This document shows, in pieces, positions 24,201-36,157 of a stretch of DNA of 64,000 bases. This stretch comes from Dimorphilus gyrociliatus (lineage: Eukaryota > Animalia > Annelida), in assembly GCA_904063045.1 (NCBI GenBank), contig CAJFCJ010000017.1, positions 248,001 to 312,000 of the forward strand, written 5' to 3'. The first letter of the stretch is position 1. Every line of letters starts with the position of its first letter. The translations under genes were made by a program, and so were the position numbers. The notes below the pieces were generated by a model, which worked only from the letters and a program-made list of their open reading frames with translations, had not been told where the DNA came from and ran no database searches.

Positions 24201-27200
24201 GCTCTAAAAGTGTATAAATAACGTATAAATCAATTTTACTTGTTGACTAGTGTTACCGCAATATAATTCGTCCGATTTATCTGGACAGTCTTCAATAAAA
24301 TTACAGACCAGGGTGTAGCTAATCTTTTCAATAGAATTAAGACATTGAAACCTTTCGAATGTTAATATTGTACAATTATTCTCATCTCCTCCCGATGGAC
24401 AATCTATCTTTCCATCGCAAACGTAGGCAACATTGATACAAATATGATCGTTTGGACAGAGAAAACCACTTTCCTTGCATCTATAACTTTCAATATCATT
24501 AATAGAAATTCCAAAATATTCCGAACGTTTTACAACTTAAGATACAAGACATTTCATTAATTATTAAAAAGATAAGAAACCTTTTACAAACGATAAGTTT
24601 GTTGACAGATATATGTTTTTACAATAGGTTTTGAACACCGAACCATTGTTGAAGATATAGATGGTATATATCTATGTTTGCCCTTTTAGATGATTGATAA
24701 GAAATTATATTAATAAATTGTATTAAAATGAAAAAATGAACTTTACTTTTCTATAAAAATTGAACGACATACAATCATTCTCATTTTCAGAATAAACTTC
24801 TCTTCTCCAAAAGTCAACAGTATTAACGCATGATTCGTAAGTTTCTATATTCCAAAAATACGAACTAGGATAGTTACCAACAGTAACTAACCTTCTTATA
24901 TTTCTATCATTAGTCTTTTCGATCAAAGCTAATTGAGAAGACATTATTAGTATTTCCTCTAAGCTGGACTATACAATAAAAGAGCATACGATGAGGTACA
25001 AACCAATTTTCTAAAGAGATACCTTTGAACCTTAGTTTATACTTGCTTAAGAAGAGTATTGACAAAATAAAGACTTTATCAAAACTTGGAAAGTCTGCTA
25101 AGGTTTGATTTTTTGTTAAACAAAGGTTATTCAACAGAGTAGGGGAGACGTTAGTTTGTAAATCGTGTAGATAATAGCATACGTTATTTATAACTGGTAC
25201 ATTCTTTCTCAAGCATTGAACTGTAAATTTACATATAATAAGAACAATCCTCTTGCTTTTAGTTATTTAACTACAATCATGCTTATCATTTGAACATTCA
25301 ATGCCGATGGAATTGACTAGGCCTGAATATGATGTATCTTGATGTATATATCCATAATAGCTATTAAAGAAAACGATGATATTTTACAGTTTTTTTTACT
25401 TAATCCATAGCCTACTGGAAACTGTATCTGCAAACTTTAATGTTAGTAACATTTCCTTGACATGTAACCTCTCCAAACATGGAATTGAATGGAATATTTT
25501 GTTTAAAGCGTCGTACCGTTCCATGATTAAAGCCGAAATATGAGCAAACAAGTGTTAAATCATAATAATTTAAAACGACTATATTAATCCATTTATATTC
25601 AATTTTCTTTTGAAACATTCCTATAAAACTATTAAACGAATGATTTTTACCGAAAATAGTATTTTCAGAGGTTTTAAGTCTGAAAATATTATCTAAAAAC
25701 AATCTATGATTAAAGATAGAATTTAAGAAATTTAGAGACTAAAGATACTTGATTTATCGCAATGAATTGTCGGTATATTTAAATTTAGATTAGGTGAATT
25801 GTGTTCCAACTTGAAGTTGTGAGGTAAGAAATTGGAATATTTTATACTTTTAATGTAAAATAGCTGAAAAGAAAGAGAGAATTATAGCTCTGGGTAATGA
25901 TAGTATAAAACTGCTAGTTTACTTGGTGTGTTCTTTTCAAATTAATTGAATAAAACGAAATACAATTTGACAATTGATGCATAGAATACTGAATATACTT
26001 TTCATGACGAAGAGGTAACCCTTTCCTCAAGAACAAGGGAATAATCCCCATTCTTTTCGATGTGATAAAGATATTGCTATATTTTGCCAGACTACTATAA
26101 GCTGTTAAAAAAGCGTAAGTGTTAACCGAATTCATTCCAACCACTTCTAACTTTATATCTGTTTTATCAAATGTTGATAATAGATATCTATTAAACATAA
26201 ATAAATAAACAAACAAACAAACAAACCATGAAGATATGTATGAGGACAAATTATTTCACGCCTCTGTTCCCTGTGAAAACTCTGAGCCATTACCGTAGTA
26301 TGATTATCAATAAGTAATTGATAAGATATTTCAGAAGATATAGACAAATTAAAGTGTTCGGCGATGATGAATTGTACTTTATTGCATAAGGCTTCTGTTA
26401 TTTCGTACTTACCAAAGACAGTATAACTTTTCATGTCTTTCCGAAAATATAGTCTATCTGATTCGTATGATAGCATAGCAAATAAATCTATATACACAGT
26501 ATATCAAGTTATTTAACGTTACATTACACAATCAACTGTATACATTACACGAAACTTTCTTATAACACTTTAAGCATAAACCTTTTCTTGTTGAATTGTT
26601 AACGAGGAAGCTGTTTTTTTTATGGATAAATTATCTATATAATATGAATATAAACTATATTATTAATTTAATAGTTTTGTACAATTTATAAGAGTTTTCG
26701 GAAAATTGAATGATTGAAAATGATTGAACAGATTCATTCACTCTGCAAGCTAATGATAAATGAAATAAGTAATCGTATCCTAAATCTTGGCAAATGTTAT
26801 TATAATGTGAATTGTTTTGATATAAATCTGCTGCTATAAATTCAACAATTAAAGATATATTTGATGATTTAATACGTATATTCAATAATCCGTAAGAGTA
26901 ATATTTAGTATTCTCATAAATATTCATAAATGGCTTTATATCGTCGTTATTAATTTCAACTGTATTTTATAGTAGTATAGTCATTGCAATTATCTTAGCC
27001 AATAGAATGCTTATTACCAAGATTATAATCGCTGCATTTATATTTAGGAATGAAAATGTTTCTTTCCGTTATATGTTCAATTTTTTCAATGATAGATGAA
27101 TAGCAACCGAAATATTTATCCAAGTGATAAAGATAAGAGCACCCCCTCAAAAACACAACCTATAATTACAGAAACACTATAAATCATTAAATAGTAATAA

Positions 27201-28332
27201 TAGATAATAACTCTTTGTTGATTGTCTTTGGAAAATGTATATGAAACAATGTTGGTTTCATCCAATCCAATCTTCTTTATTAATAAACGACATATTAATT
27301 GGGATGGAGAGAACGATTGCATCGTTTTATAATCTAAATAAACTGGTATTACACCATAAGTTTTAGAATAGATGTATATGTCAGTATAGTTCATTAAGTA
27401 GTAATATAATTTCGAAAATATCAATGTATTAATTGGATTTAAGCCGAATTTTTCAATCTTTATATCTTATATAAAAAGTGTAGCAATAAAAAACTATGAT
27501 ATATATTAGCAATTAAACAAATTAACATACCATTTAAATCGGAATAACTGCATTTTAAATGAACTTTTGGCAATTTCAATACAAAAGAAACGTATATTTT
27601 TTCATTAAGAAGATTTACAGTAACATATCTACTGATATTCTTCAAGTTTTGCGGAGTATTATGTAAAATAAATTCTGATTTTTTACATATCTCTCCTCCA
27701 CTTATCGATGACTCAGCAATTTTGTATAGAATATCATTGTCTTTCAAGTATAAATGATAACTATTGTCTAATATTCTACCAGCAAAGATATCTGTTGAAT
27801 TGGAAATATATTAAACTCTCTTACTCTCTCTCTCTCTCTGTCTCCTCTCAATTTCTTACAAGATACTCCTAACTTATAGCATTTTAAACAGAATCCATCC
27901 ATTTCCGCTGATTCATTCGACGATCTTTTATTTCTGTTATTTGTTTTTTAATTTGAAATATTAGAATATAAAAAAAATGAACAAAACATACAAATTGAAT
28001 ACGAAATCATCTTGAACTGTAAATATATTTCCATATTTTGATTGATCTAAAGAACAAGGACTTGAAATTGAATGTATAGAATCATAGCCAACATTAGAGC
28101 ATAGTTTATTTTTCAGCAAAGATCTCAAATCAGTAAAAGCTATAGGAAACGATGTGTTTAAAAGAGATAGTGTTATATAAATTAACCCATAAGCTGTAAT
28201 ATTGGTTTCGTGATAAACATCTAAAGACAAGGTTACATCTCTACCAAAATGAAGCATATCCTTAAAATGGCAATCTTGAATAAAAATAATGCCTATACTA
28301 ATCAATTGAATATCTAAATATTTCAAAGGCAT
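21257..28332 (-). CDS. GRL101-like receptor B: same architecture as A (2 N-terminal modules, 6 LDLa), pseudokinase-like tail
   Basis: ATG 28332 (MPLKYLDIQLISIGIIF). TM3 FTLERY, TM6 FFCWF, TM7 VNPLIL. Tail ...FIHQYSLSFKGQLNEENIMYA/GKYYVSWPNFS...KEDVYAIGYFVKTVLRKKTMLYLHSKS*. Confidence 0.88.
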
Positions 28333-28470
28333 TGCTACTTTTCTCTATCGAAATCTCATTAAAAACTAGTTAGAAAACAATAGGAAATCACTTGAACAAA
28401 CGCGATATTTCAATACAAAGAAGGCATATAAAATTTATTCAAGTCGTGATAAATATGAAAAATTAATAGT
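28322..28470. repeat. About 150-bp direct repeat, copy 1 (contains the ATG and proximal upstream region of receptor B)
   Basis: Aligns with 29533-29677 with 6 substitutions and 2 small indels by manual comparison. Confidence 0.9.
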
Positions 28471-29532
28471 GTAACTTAGTTGCATGTACAATAGCTCGAA
28501 TTTCTCCCATTCTTTCGCTTCGCTATATCTGGACACAATGCTTTCGTGCCTCACTATGAAGCCTTCGAACATATTGGGCTCTCCTTCGAACATAATTGGA
28601 GTGCTTGGGATCATACTCTTTCTTCTATCGTACCTTCTGACCATCAGGGCCTTCAGCCATTCGTCACTTTCTTGCTTCGTCAGCATGCACGTTTCTTGCT
28701 CGCTTATCACTCTTGCTGCTTGAGCCTCTAGTCTTCTCATTTTCTTCTGGACCATCTCCAGTTGCTCACTTAGTTTGTTACTCATCTCTGCTTTTATGCT
28801 TTCTACCCTACTATTTATAGTAGCTTTCATCAACCTGGTCAATTGATAGTCTCTTGCTTCCAGTGCTGCTTCTCGGATGGCTTCCAGCTCTTGCCTTAAC
28901 AGGTTCTCTTTTTTCATTTGTTTGACTTCAAACTGAGCTGTTTCTTCTTTTCTCACTCTTCTTTCCATTTCTATCATTTTGCCCAATTAGGCCAGCATAT
29001 TTTCCTTTTCTTCCATCCACCATTCTTCCCTATTTGTGTCTAATGGAAGAATATCATCCCTTTTTGGGGTGGTGTTAACTTCATCAGCGTCACTCTCGTA
29101 CTAAATCGTACTGCAGGTCTCTCGCAAACCTTTTCTGTAGGCCCTCTAATCTTTTGTATGGCATGTACCTATTGCATTTTAACTCCTTCTCTTCCCCCAT
29201 TGAACAGGATAGGTGCATACACCTTTCCGTCCTTGAAGGTTATATTTTCTTCTAATTCTTCTACCCATCTTTTATCTCTTAAGGTTAGCTTTTGTTCTCT
29301 TGAGCTTTCCCTCTTTAATATCAACAATATTCTTGCCTGCCGCCCTTTTTCTACCCTTTGTCCCGTTATCGACCATCCTAACTTAGAAAGTATGACGGTT
29401 GGCTCGTCCACATCTCCTTCCAGTATTATCCTGGGTGCTATCATGTCTATGTAGTCACACCCTATCAACAGGTCTACTTGTCGATTTCTCAGTTCTGGAA
29501 TAGGGATGTCTTTTAGATATGGCCTTCTCGTT
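28471..29532 (-). mobile_element. BEL/Pao LTR-retrotransposon fragment (protease-region and Gag pieces)
   Basis: PIMFEGEPNMFEGFIVRHESIV...EKFELL resembles the DUF1759 Gag motif (PxFxGxxxxWxxF...EKL). DLLIGCDY...EPTVILSKLGWSITG and ITFKDGKVYAPILF resemble the DUF1758 peptidase region and the following GxYxVxLPW motif. No RT, integrase or LTRs are seen. Confidence 0.8.
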
Positions 29533-29677
29533 TTCGAAGGCATTGCTACTTTTCTCTATCGAAATTTCATTAAAAACTAGTTAGAAAACAATAGGAAATC
29601 ACTTGAACAAACGTGATATTCAATACAAAGAATGCATATAAAATTTATTCAAGTGATAAATATGCAAAATTGATAGT
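29533..29677. repeat. About 150-bp direct repeat, copy 2
   Basis: Near-identical to 28322-28470. Its ATG (29543) starts ORF 29169-29543. Confidence 0.9.
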
Positions 29678-29749
29678 ATCTTAATTAAAGGAAGATTGTA
29701 TTCTTCTTCAATATATCTTTGTCATGTTGATATTTTCTTGAACTTTGCA

Positions 29750-30470
29750 CTATTTATTTCTTCTGAATTTAAGAACCAAAAAAATAATAAAGTTTGTTAC
29801 TACACTTATTGGCCAAACTACTGTAATACCAATAAGATAGTTTCTATATCCTGAAACGCCATATCTAAGAGATAAAGAAAAATATTCAATAATGAATCAT
29901 TAGATAATATTATTAAATTATTAGACATACGTTTCTTGTACCATATCAGCCGGACACAAATCCAAACCGTATTTCGTTCTATCTTGTACAGTAAGATAGT
30001 GAACACCTATAATTAATATCCACGTGTATGGATATATTTGAAAGGGGATTAAAAGAAGCAACGGTGTCAGATAATCACCAATAACCAAAACTATTTGAAC
30101 AAGAAGAACGTAGCCAAAAACTCCATATACTATATAAATGAATATTAACGGATCGCTTACACTTTGAAAATGAAAGAAACACATTATATATAACTTATAA
30201 TCAAAGAGTATTATAATTGTAATTATACGGTCTATTATATTCTGTAATTAGGCAAATATCGTCGGGAACAACATACAATTCGATTACAGTATTATTTAAA
30301 GTATATTTAAAAGGAACTTGATAATATTGCAGTTTTCCATCGATAGTTTTTCTATTATATTCTTGAATTTTGACAAAGCTTTGCGTTCTTATTAAAACGT
30401 AACAAGACGGACCCAGAATAAATAGTACTATCATAGATAAAATTACTATGGCAATATATGTATATCTCAT
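29750..30470 (-). CDS. Orphan 4-TM protein, paralog of 42763-43557
   Basis: Three exons: MRYTYIAIVILSMIVLFILGPSCYVL..., two central hydrophobic segments, ...LCPADMVQET/YGVSGYRNYLIGITVVWPISVVTNFIIFLVLKFRRNK*. Confidence 0.65.
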
Positions 30471-31272
30471 ATTTTCTAGTAAGAGCATTAAAAAGAAGAA
30501 TCTCTTTATCAATATCCTTAAGATATTGTCTTCAATATTGAAAGAGAATTTAATCCATACCTGTCTGTAATTGTAAATAAGAAAGAATAGCAAAGTATCG
30601 TAGGTAGGTAAAGAGAGAGCCGGTAGGCCTTTATCAAAAGCCTAAGAGTAATATTAAGAATTCACTTAATATTTTATATTATTATCTAGCACCGGCGCCG
30701 TTTTCGAATTTAACAAATGTATTTATTAACTTCCTCTCTCGTTTAACTGATGTAAACTTTGTCTGAAATGTCCTACTATATAACCAGATGGAGAGTAATT
30801 AATTAAATGTTAAATAAATCTGTTATAGAACTTGAAAAATCAAGTTTAATTGTTTCAACGTAAAACATAGCAAAGTGGAGATTTCAATACGCTATATCAT
30901 TCATTCGTGTGACTAAGAAACTGTATTGTTCAACAAATTTCCTACTCGTCTTCACTTTAATAAATCGACCATATGGATTTGAATCTTATTACTTTTTAAT
31001 ACAGTCTTTTCAATAGCTAAATTCAGAGATAGTATTGAAGGTGATATTTTATGTTTTGCGCATCAATGAAAAGAAAGAAAGCAGCTATTTTTCATATATA
31101 GTAGATATAGTATATACCTGCATATATAAGATATTTCCAAGTTGTATAGTTATTTTCGTACGATAAAAATACTTCCTTAGTTAATAAATAAAGTTTCTTT
31201 GTACTACTAAACAGTATCCTACTCAATAAACTATCAACTTTCCCCCATCAAAGAGAGATTAATCCGGTAAGA

Positions 31273-34200
31273 ATGTCTGTTGAAGAAGAAATTACCTTTA
31301 TCTATTATAAATCTCAAATTGAAACCCTACTGGAGGATGGTAATATGATAGAATCATTCTCAAACTTTGGATTTGAACCGGATAATGCGGAATCTCATAT
31401 TGAAAGTATGACTGGTTTACCAACAATTCAATCTATGGAGGAAAATTTTAATAAACAATCTCTTAATCGTATAATAACTATCCTGAAAGATTTGAAGAGT
31501 GAAAGATCAATTGAACTGGTAAAAAATCTAGAAGAACCAAATTTCACTTGGAATCGTCTAGTTCAACATGTAAAGAATAAGAGAAAAGAGGATATATTGC
31601 AAACTGACTCATATAGCAATATGAACTTGAGCGAAATGAATAATACTATTGAATTATTTAAATTAGCTGATAAAGATAAGATTCATGATGTTAATTGTAT
31701 AAATTATTCAAATTTTCATGAATTATTTAACAAAGGATTTAATAAAATTTTAGTTCAAGGTGACCCTGGAATAGGAAAAACAATTCAAATAAGAAGTCTC
31801 ATTTCCTCTTGGTATAATGATGAATGGAACGAAAATTTAAATACATTAGTCCTACTTATTTCACTGGACTATATACAACCTTTTGTTGACATTATTGATG
31901 TAATACTAAAGCAGAACTTTCTCAACATTCCCTATATTAATAGACGTATAGTAGAGCTTCTCTTGACGGAGAAAAGTAAAAATGTACTACTTTTTATCGA
32001 TGGAGCCGAAAAACTTCGCGTTGTTTCCAAGTCAATAGACGATATACTGGAAAAGGCTAATTGCCCTGTTCAAACAGTTATTTGGTCAAATAAACGAAGA
32101 GCGAAACAAATTGCGGATACATGCGACGTAATTTTTGAATTGAATGGTCTAAACTTGAATCAGTTAGATAAACTATTGAATCATTACTACAAAAATAAAG
32201 ATTCTCTTATAGCCGACTTTACAAAAGCGATTTCTCAACAAAACTCTCAAATTATTACAGATTTATGTAAAATTCCAGAATTTTCCTTAAATCTCTTTCA
32301 AGTTTGGATGAAAGATATGATATTATTTACAAAGAATACATTCGAAATATTAGAAGAGATAATCAATACTTCACAAAATGGAAAGGTATATAGTATTAAA
32401 TTTTCCAAATCTTCTACTAAACTCATTGAAAAGTCTTGTTTTAAAATGTTAACTAAAGATAAATTAACTTTATCAACAAGATCAATAGATAAGAGGATCA
32501 TTTTAAACTATTTTAAGGGTTTAGCTCATATTGATATTGAATCGGACATAAATTTTGGTCAAGTAACATTTCTTCATCAGTCGATTAAAGAATATTTTGC
32601 GTCAAAATTTTTAATACGTACATTGGAAAACTTCAATTTATGTTGCCTTAGAAATAGAGATGTATATTTGGATTTATTATTTGAAAATGACTATTCAACA
32701 TCATTCAATATATTGAATTTTATTAGACAATATTCAAGACAATTATTTCAAGATATTGTTTATAGATCGGAGAAATTTCAAATATTCTCCAAGTTTAGTA
32801 ACAATTTTATGAATTTAATTGATAAGGAGTTGAAGGATAAAACACTTTTACAGTTACAAGATGAATGGTTAAACGACGCTGCCGTCTCTATTCTATTTGA
32901 GAAAAAAGGAATGTACTTAAATGAAATAATCTTTAAAAATATACAATTAAATCTAAATACGATAATCCAAACAATTAGCAGACATTGTCCTAGTTTGAGA
33001 AATCTTTATTTAGATAATCAAGGCGACAATAACAATAACAATGGCAATAGAACTATATCTATGGAGCACATCATTACTCTAATTAAATCAATACCAATCG
33101 AGAATATATCGCTAGATGGAACTTTCTTCGAAATAATTAAAACAAACGTCCAATCAAGTTTGTCAAATAAACTCTATATATCCGATTTAAGGATGATTAA
33201 CGAATCTCATTCTAAGAAAGTCATTATCTACGTAACGTTTGGATCAATTTATATGAAAACTTTTATAGACGAATGTCGAAATTATTCATTATTTAGAATT
33301 AATAATTGGTTGAATTTTTTGGAAACTTGCCAATCAATTAATTCGTTTATACTAAAACATAAAACTATTACTAAAAGAATATACGAACAACTATTGGATT
33401 TATTTATTAAATGGAAAGAATGTAATATTACACCGGATGTAAATTTGGAGAATTTTTCCATTGAATTAAACAATGAAGATCTCTATAATAACGTTGATTC
33501 TAAGGGAATTAATGATGATTATCTTAATGAAAAAACACTACCTTTTAACGATATGGAATTGAATATTTGTTCAACTGTACAAATACTTCAATTTTCAAGA
33601 ATTAATAAAGATATTATTCAACATCTCATTCAAAATAATCCTTATATTTCATCACTAGAATTTAACGGACTTTTCTATATGCTTAATCAACATTTAGTTG
33701 GTCAAAGAAATCTTCGTATCGAAGAGTTTCTCTTCGGTCATAGACCTATAAAATTTCTTAAGGATTACTTAATAAATCGCTCAATAGTCGAAAAACTTTC
33801 ATTCGAAAAGACAAACTTTTGTAATCATTTTTTAAAAAATGAAATTATTGAACAAACTACCATCTTTAAACATCTTAAAATTCTTGAAATAAATGACTGT
33901 AATCTCTCTCAAAATCAAGCAACGCTTATTGGATATTGTCTTCAACTGTGTAGACATATTGAAACACTCTCTTTACAGTCAAACAGTCGTATGGATAAAG
34001 GATTTATAGATATATGCAATGGATTAGAAAGGGTTAAGACCTCGATAAAAAATCTTAATTTTGATTTCTGCTATTTGAACGAAAGTCAATCAAGACATTT
34101 AGGTAATTGCCTTCTTACTGGATTAAATATTGAAGATCTTTCCTTAAAAGCCAATCAAAATATGAATAAAGCGTTCAATACAATTTGTGAAGGTCTTATG

Positions 34201-35844
34201 AAATCGGTATGCACTTTAAAGAGATTAAATTTAGATGACTGTTACCTGAAAGATAATGATCTTGTTCAATTTAAAGAATTATCATTGATGCTTTCAAATA
34301 TTGAAATACTTTCATTAAAGGGTAATAGAGGAATGAAGAATTCTCTAGACAACATTTGTACTGGATTGACAAAATCGTCCAGTACACTCAAAAGCTTAAA
34401 TATGGCTCATTGGAATTTGAATTGCGATGAATCGAAGAAATTAGCCAAATGTTTAGGAGATTGTCTCACTTTAGAAGCATTATCTGTAGAAGGGAATGAA
34501 CATATGAAATATGGATTGAACGTTTTAAGTAACAACGTTAAAAATTCTTGTTCTTTCATAAAGTGTTTAAACTTTGACAATTGTAATTTAACGGAAGTTC
34601 AAGTAGTAAGTTTGGCAGAATGTCTAGCAGTTTGCTCAGATATTGTTGAGTTATCTTTCAAAGGAAATAAGAACATTCTTAACGGATTTATAAAAGTTTC
34701 TACAAGGATGTCTATTTCTCTTCCAAATCTTCAAATTCTTTATCTAGATAATTGCTCTTTGATCGATAGACAGTTGGAATATCTAGGAAAATTATTGGTA
34801 ACTAGTTCAAATATTGAAATTCTATCTTTAGCTGGTAACAAGGGAATGAAAAATGGATTTAATCATATCTGCGAAGGATTAAAGAGGTCTGTTTCAAAAA
34901 TAAAACATCTCAATTTCGATGATTGCGCTTTGACAAAAGTTGACCTAGTTTCTCTTAGTGAACTCTTAAGTCTCTGTTCACAAGTTGAAATACTCTCTCT
35001 AAGTTTGAATAAAGGAATGAAAGATGAATTTAATACGATATTAACCGAATTGAATAGGTCGATAGAACAACTAAAGAAGCTTTTCTTCAACGAATGCGAT
35101 ATAGACGAAAGCCAAGCAAAAGCGTTAGCAAACTCCCTTCAGATCTCTTCCAAAATTAGTACATTATCTTTAAAAAGAAATCCAAATATGGGAGTAGGAT
35201 TTTACAATCTTTGCAAAGGCCTAGGCAGCTCTTCATACAATATAATAGACGTTTATTTGGATGAATGTAATTTGGACGAAAGTCAGGCTATATCTTTTGG
35301 TAATTGTTTACGTTTTTGTTCAAATTTAAAGGTTCTATCGTTAAACGGAAATGAGCATATGAAAGGTGGATTTAAGAGTATTTGTACCGGTTTACAAAGT
35401 TCGCGCAATTGTTTCAAAGTAATCTATTTAGAATATTGCAACTTGAATGGTAATCAGGTCAAATGTTTTGGAGAATTTCTAAAAGTCTGTTCATATGTTC
35501 AATTGTTATCAATGAAAGGAAATGAGAATATTGGAGAAGGATTTGCAGATATTTGTGAGGGTATTATTAATTCCGCCAATTGTCTTAAAAGTCTTAACTT
35601 TGACGATTGCTCTCTGAATGAACATCAGGCCAAATATTTGGAAGAATCTTTGAATGTTCTCCATTATATTGAAAGTTTTTCTATTCGAGGAAATAATGAA
35701 ATAGGTCGTAAATTTAAAGCAATTAGTAAATCATTTGAGATATCCAGAAGACAAGAAACAAATGCAAATGGTAATAGTTATCCTATTTCTCAAGAACAAG
35801 TTATCTCTGTAGGAGAGATAGATCAGACATTATCGAATATCTAA
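31273..35844 (+). CDS. NLR-type NACHT-LRR protein, single exon, 1523 aa
   Basis: Walker A GDPGIGKT, Walker B-like LLFIDGAEK, LCKIP, winged-helix FLHQSIKEYFAS. Eleven tandem about 57-aa A/B ribonuclease-inhibitor-type LRR pairs (about 33874-35700). The helical N-terminus may be a death fold (unconfirmed). Confidence 0.93.
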   Translation: MSVEEEITFIYYKSQIETLLEDGNMIESFSNFGFEPDNAESHIESMTGLPTIQSMEENFNKQSLNRIITILKDLKSERSIELVKNLEEPNFTWNRLVQHVKNKRKEDILQTDSYSNMNLSEMNNTIELFKLADKDKIHDVNCINYSNFHELFNKGFNKILVQGDPGIGKTIQIRSLISSWYNDEWNENLNTLVLLISLDYIQPFVDIIDVILKQNFLNIPYINRRIVELLLTEKSKNVLLFIDGAEKLRVVSKSIDDILEKANCPVQTVIWSNKRRAKQIADTCDVIFELNGLNLNQLDKLLNHYYKNKDSLIADFTKAISQQNSQIITDLCKIPEFSLNLFQVWMKDMILFTKNTFEILEEIINTSQNGKVYSIKFSKSSTKLIEKSCFKMLTKDKLTLSTRSIDKRIILNYFKGLAHIDIESDINFGQVTFLHQSIKEYFASKFLIRTLENFNLCCLRNRDVYLDLLFENDYSTSFNILNFIRQYSRQLFQDIVYRSEKFQIFSKFSNNFMNLIDKELKDKTLLQLQDEWLNDAAVSILFEKKGMYLNEIIFKNIQLNLNTIIQTISRHCPSLRNLYLDNQGDNNNNNGNRTISMEHIITLIKSIPIENISLDGTFFEIIKTNVQSSLSNKLYISDLRMINESHSKKVIIYVTFGSIYMKTFIDECRNYSLFRINNWLNFLETCQSINSFILKHKTITKRIYEQLLDLFIKWKECNITPDVNLENFSIELNNEDLYNNVDSKGINDDYLNEKTLPFNDMELNICSTVQILQFSRINKDIIQHLIQNNPYISSLEFNGLFYMLNQHLVGQRNLRIEEFLFGHRPIKFLKDYLINRSIVEKLSFEKTNFCNHFLKNEIIEQTTIFKHLKILEINDCNLSQNQATLIGYCLQLCRHIETLSLQSNSRMDKGFIDICNGLERVKTSIKNLNFDFCYLNESQSRHLGNCLLTGLNIEDLSLKANQNMNKAFNTICEGLMKSVCTLKRLNLDDCYLKDNDLVQFKELSLMLSNIEILSLKGNRGMKNSLDNICTGLTKSSSTLKSLNMAHWNLNCDESKKLAKCLGDCLTLEALSVEGNEHMKYGLNVLSNNVKNSCSFIKCLNFDNCNLTEVQVVSLAECLAVCSDIVELSFKGNKNILNGFIKVSTRMSISLPNLQILYLDNCSLIDRQLEYLGKLLVTSSNIEILSLAGNKGMKNGFNHICEGLKRSVSKIKHLNFDDCALTKVDLVSLSELLSLCSQVEILSLSLNKGMKDEFNTILTELNRSIEQLKKLFFNECDIDESQAKALANSLQISSKISTLSLKRNPNMGVGFYNLCKGLGSSSYNIIDVYLDECNLDESQAISFGNCLRFCSNLKVLSLNGNEHMKGGFKSICTGLQSSRNCFKVIYLEYCNLNGNQVKCFGEFLKVCSYVQLLSMKGNENIGEGFADICEGIINSANCLKSLNFDDCSLNEHQAKYLEESLNVLHYIESFSIRGNNEIGRKFKAISKSFEISRRQETNANGNSYPISQEQVISVGEIDQTLSNI

Positions 35845-36157
35845 AAAAATGACTTTTGAGAAGTAGTAGCGTCTAGTCCGGAGGAGGGAGTTAAATGAAA
35901 TGAAGCCCCACCTTCAACGGAAGTAGAATAGGCATCAATTGTGTCCTTAAAAGAAGCCTATACCTCTAATTCGATAGATGAAAATTATAGACTCATTCCT
36001 GAAGATGAATGAAGAAAAAAATCATCCAACGCCACCGTTACAATCATAATTGTCAAATAAACAAGTTTTATTAGCAATAGAAAAGAGGTAATGACAATTA
36101 AGTAAATGAAACTATGTTCTACGGTGGGTTATGAATGTTTTTTTTGTCATATTTTGT

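Noticed and set aside
28322-29677. The 150-bp direct repeats as LTRs of a small non-autonomous element
   Set aside because: No TG...CA ends, no primer-binding site after the upstream copy, no polypurine tract before the downstream copy, and the repeat contains the host gene ATG.
31060-31250. IRF/ISRE-like and NF-kB-like motifs upstream of the NLR
   Set aside because: Spacing does not fit the consensus, and such A-rich strings are common in this AT-rich DNA.
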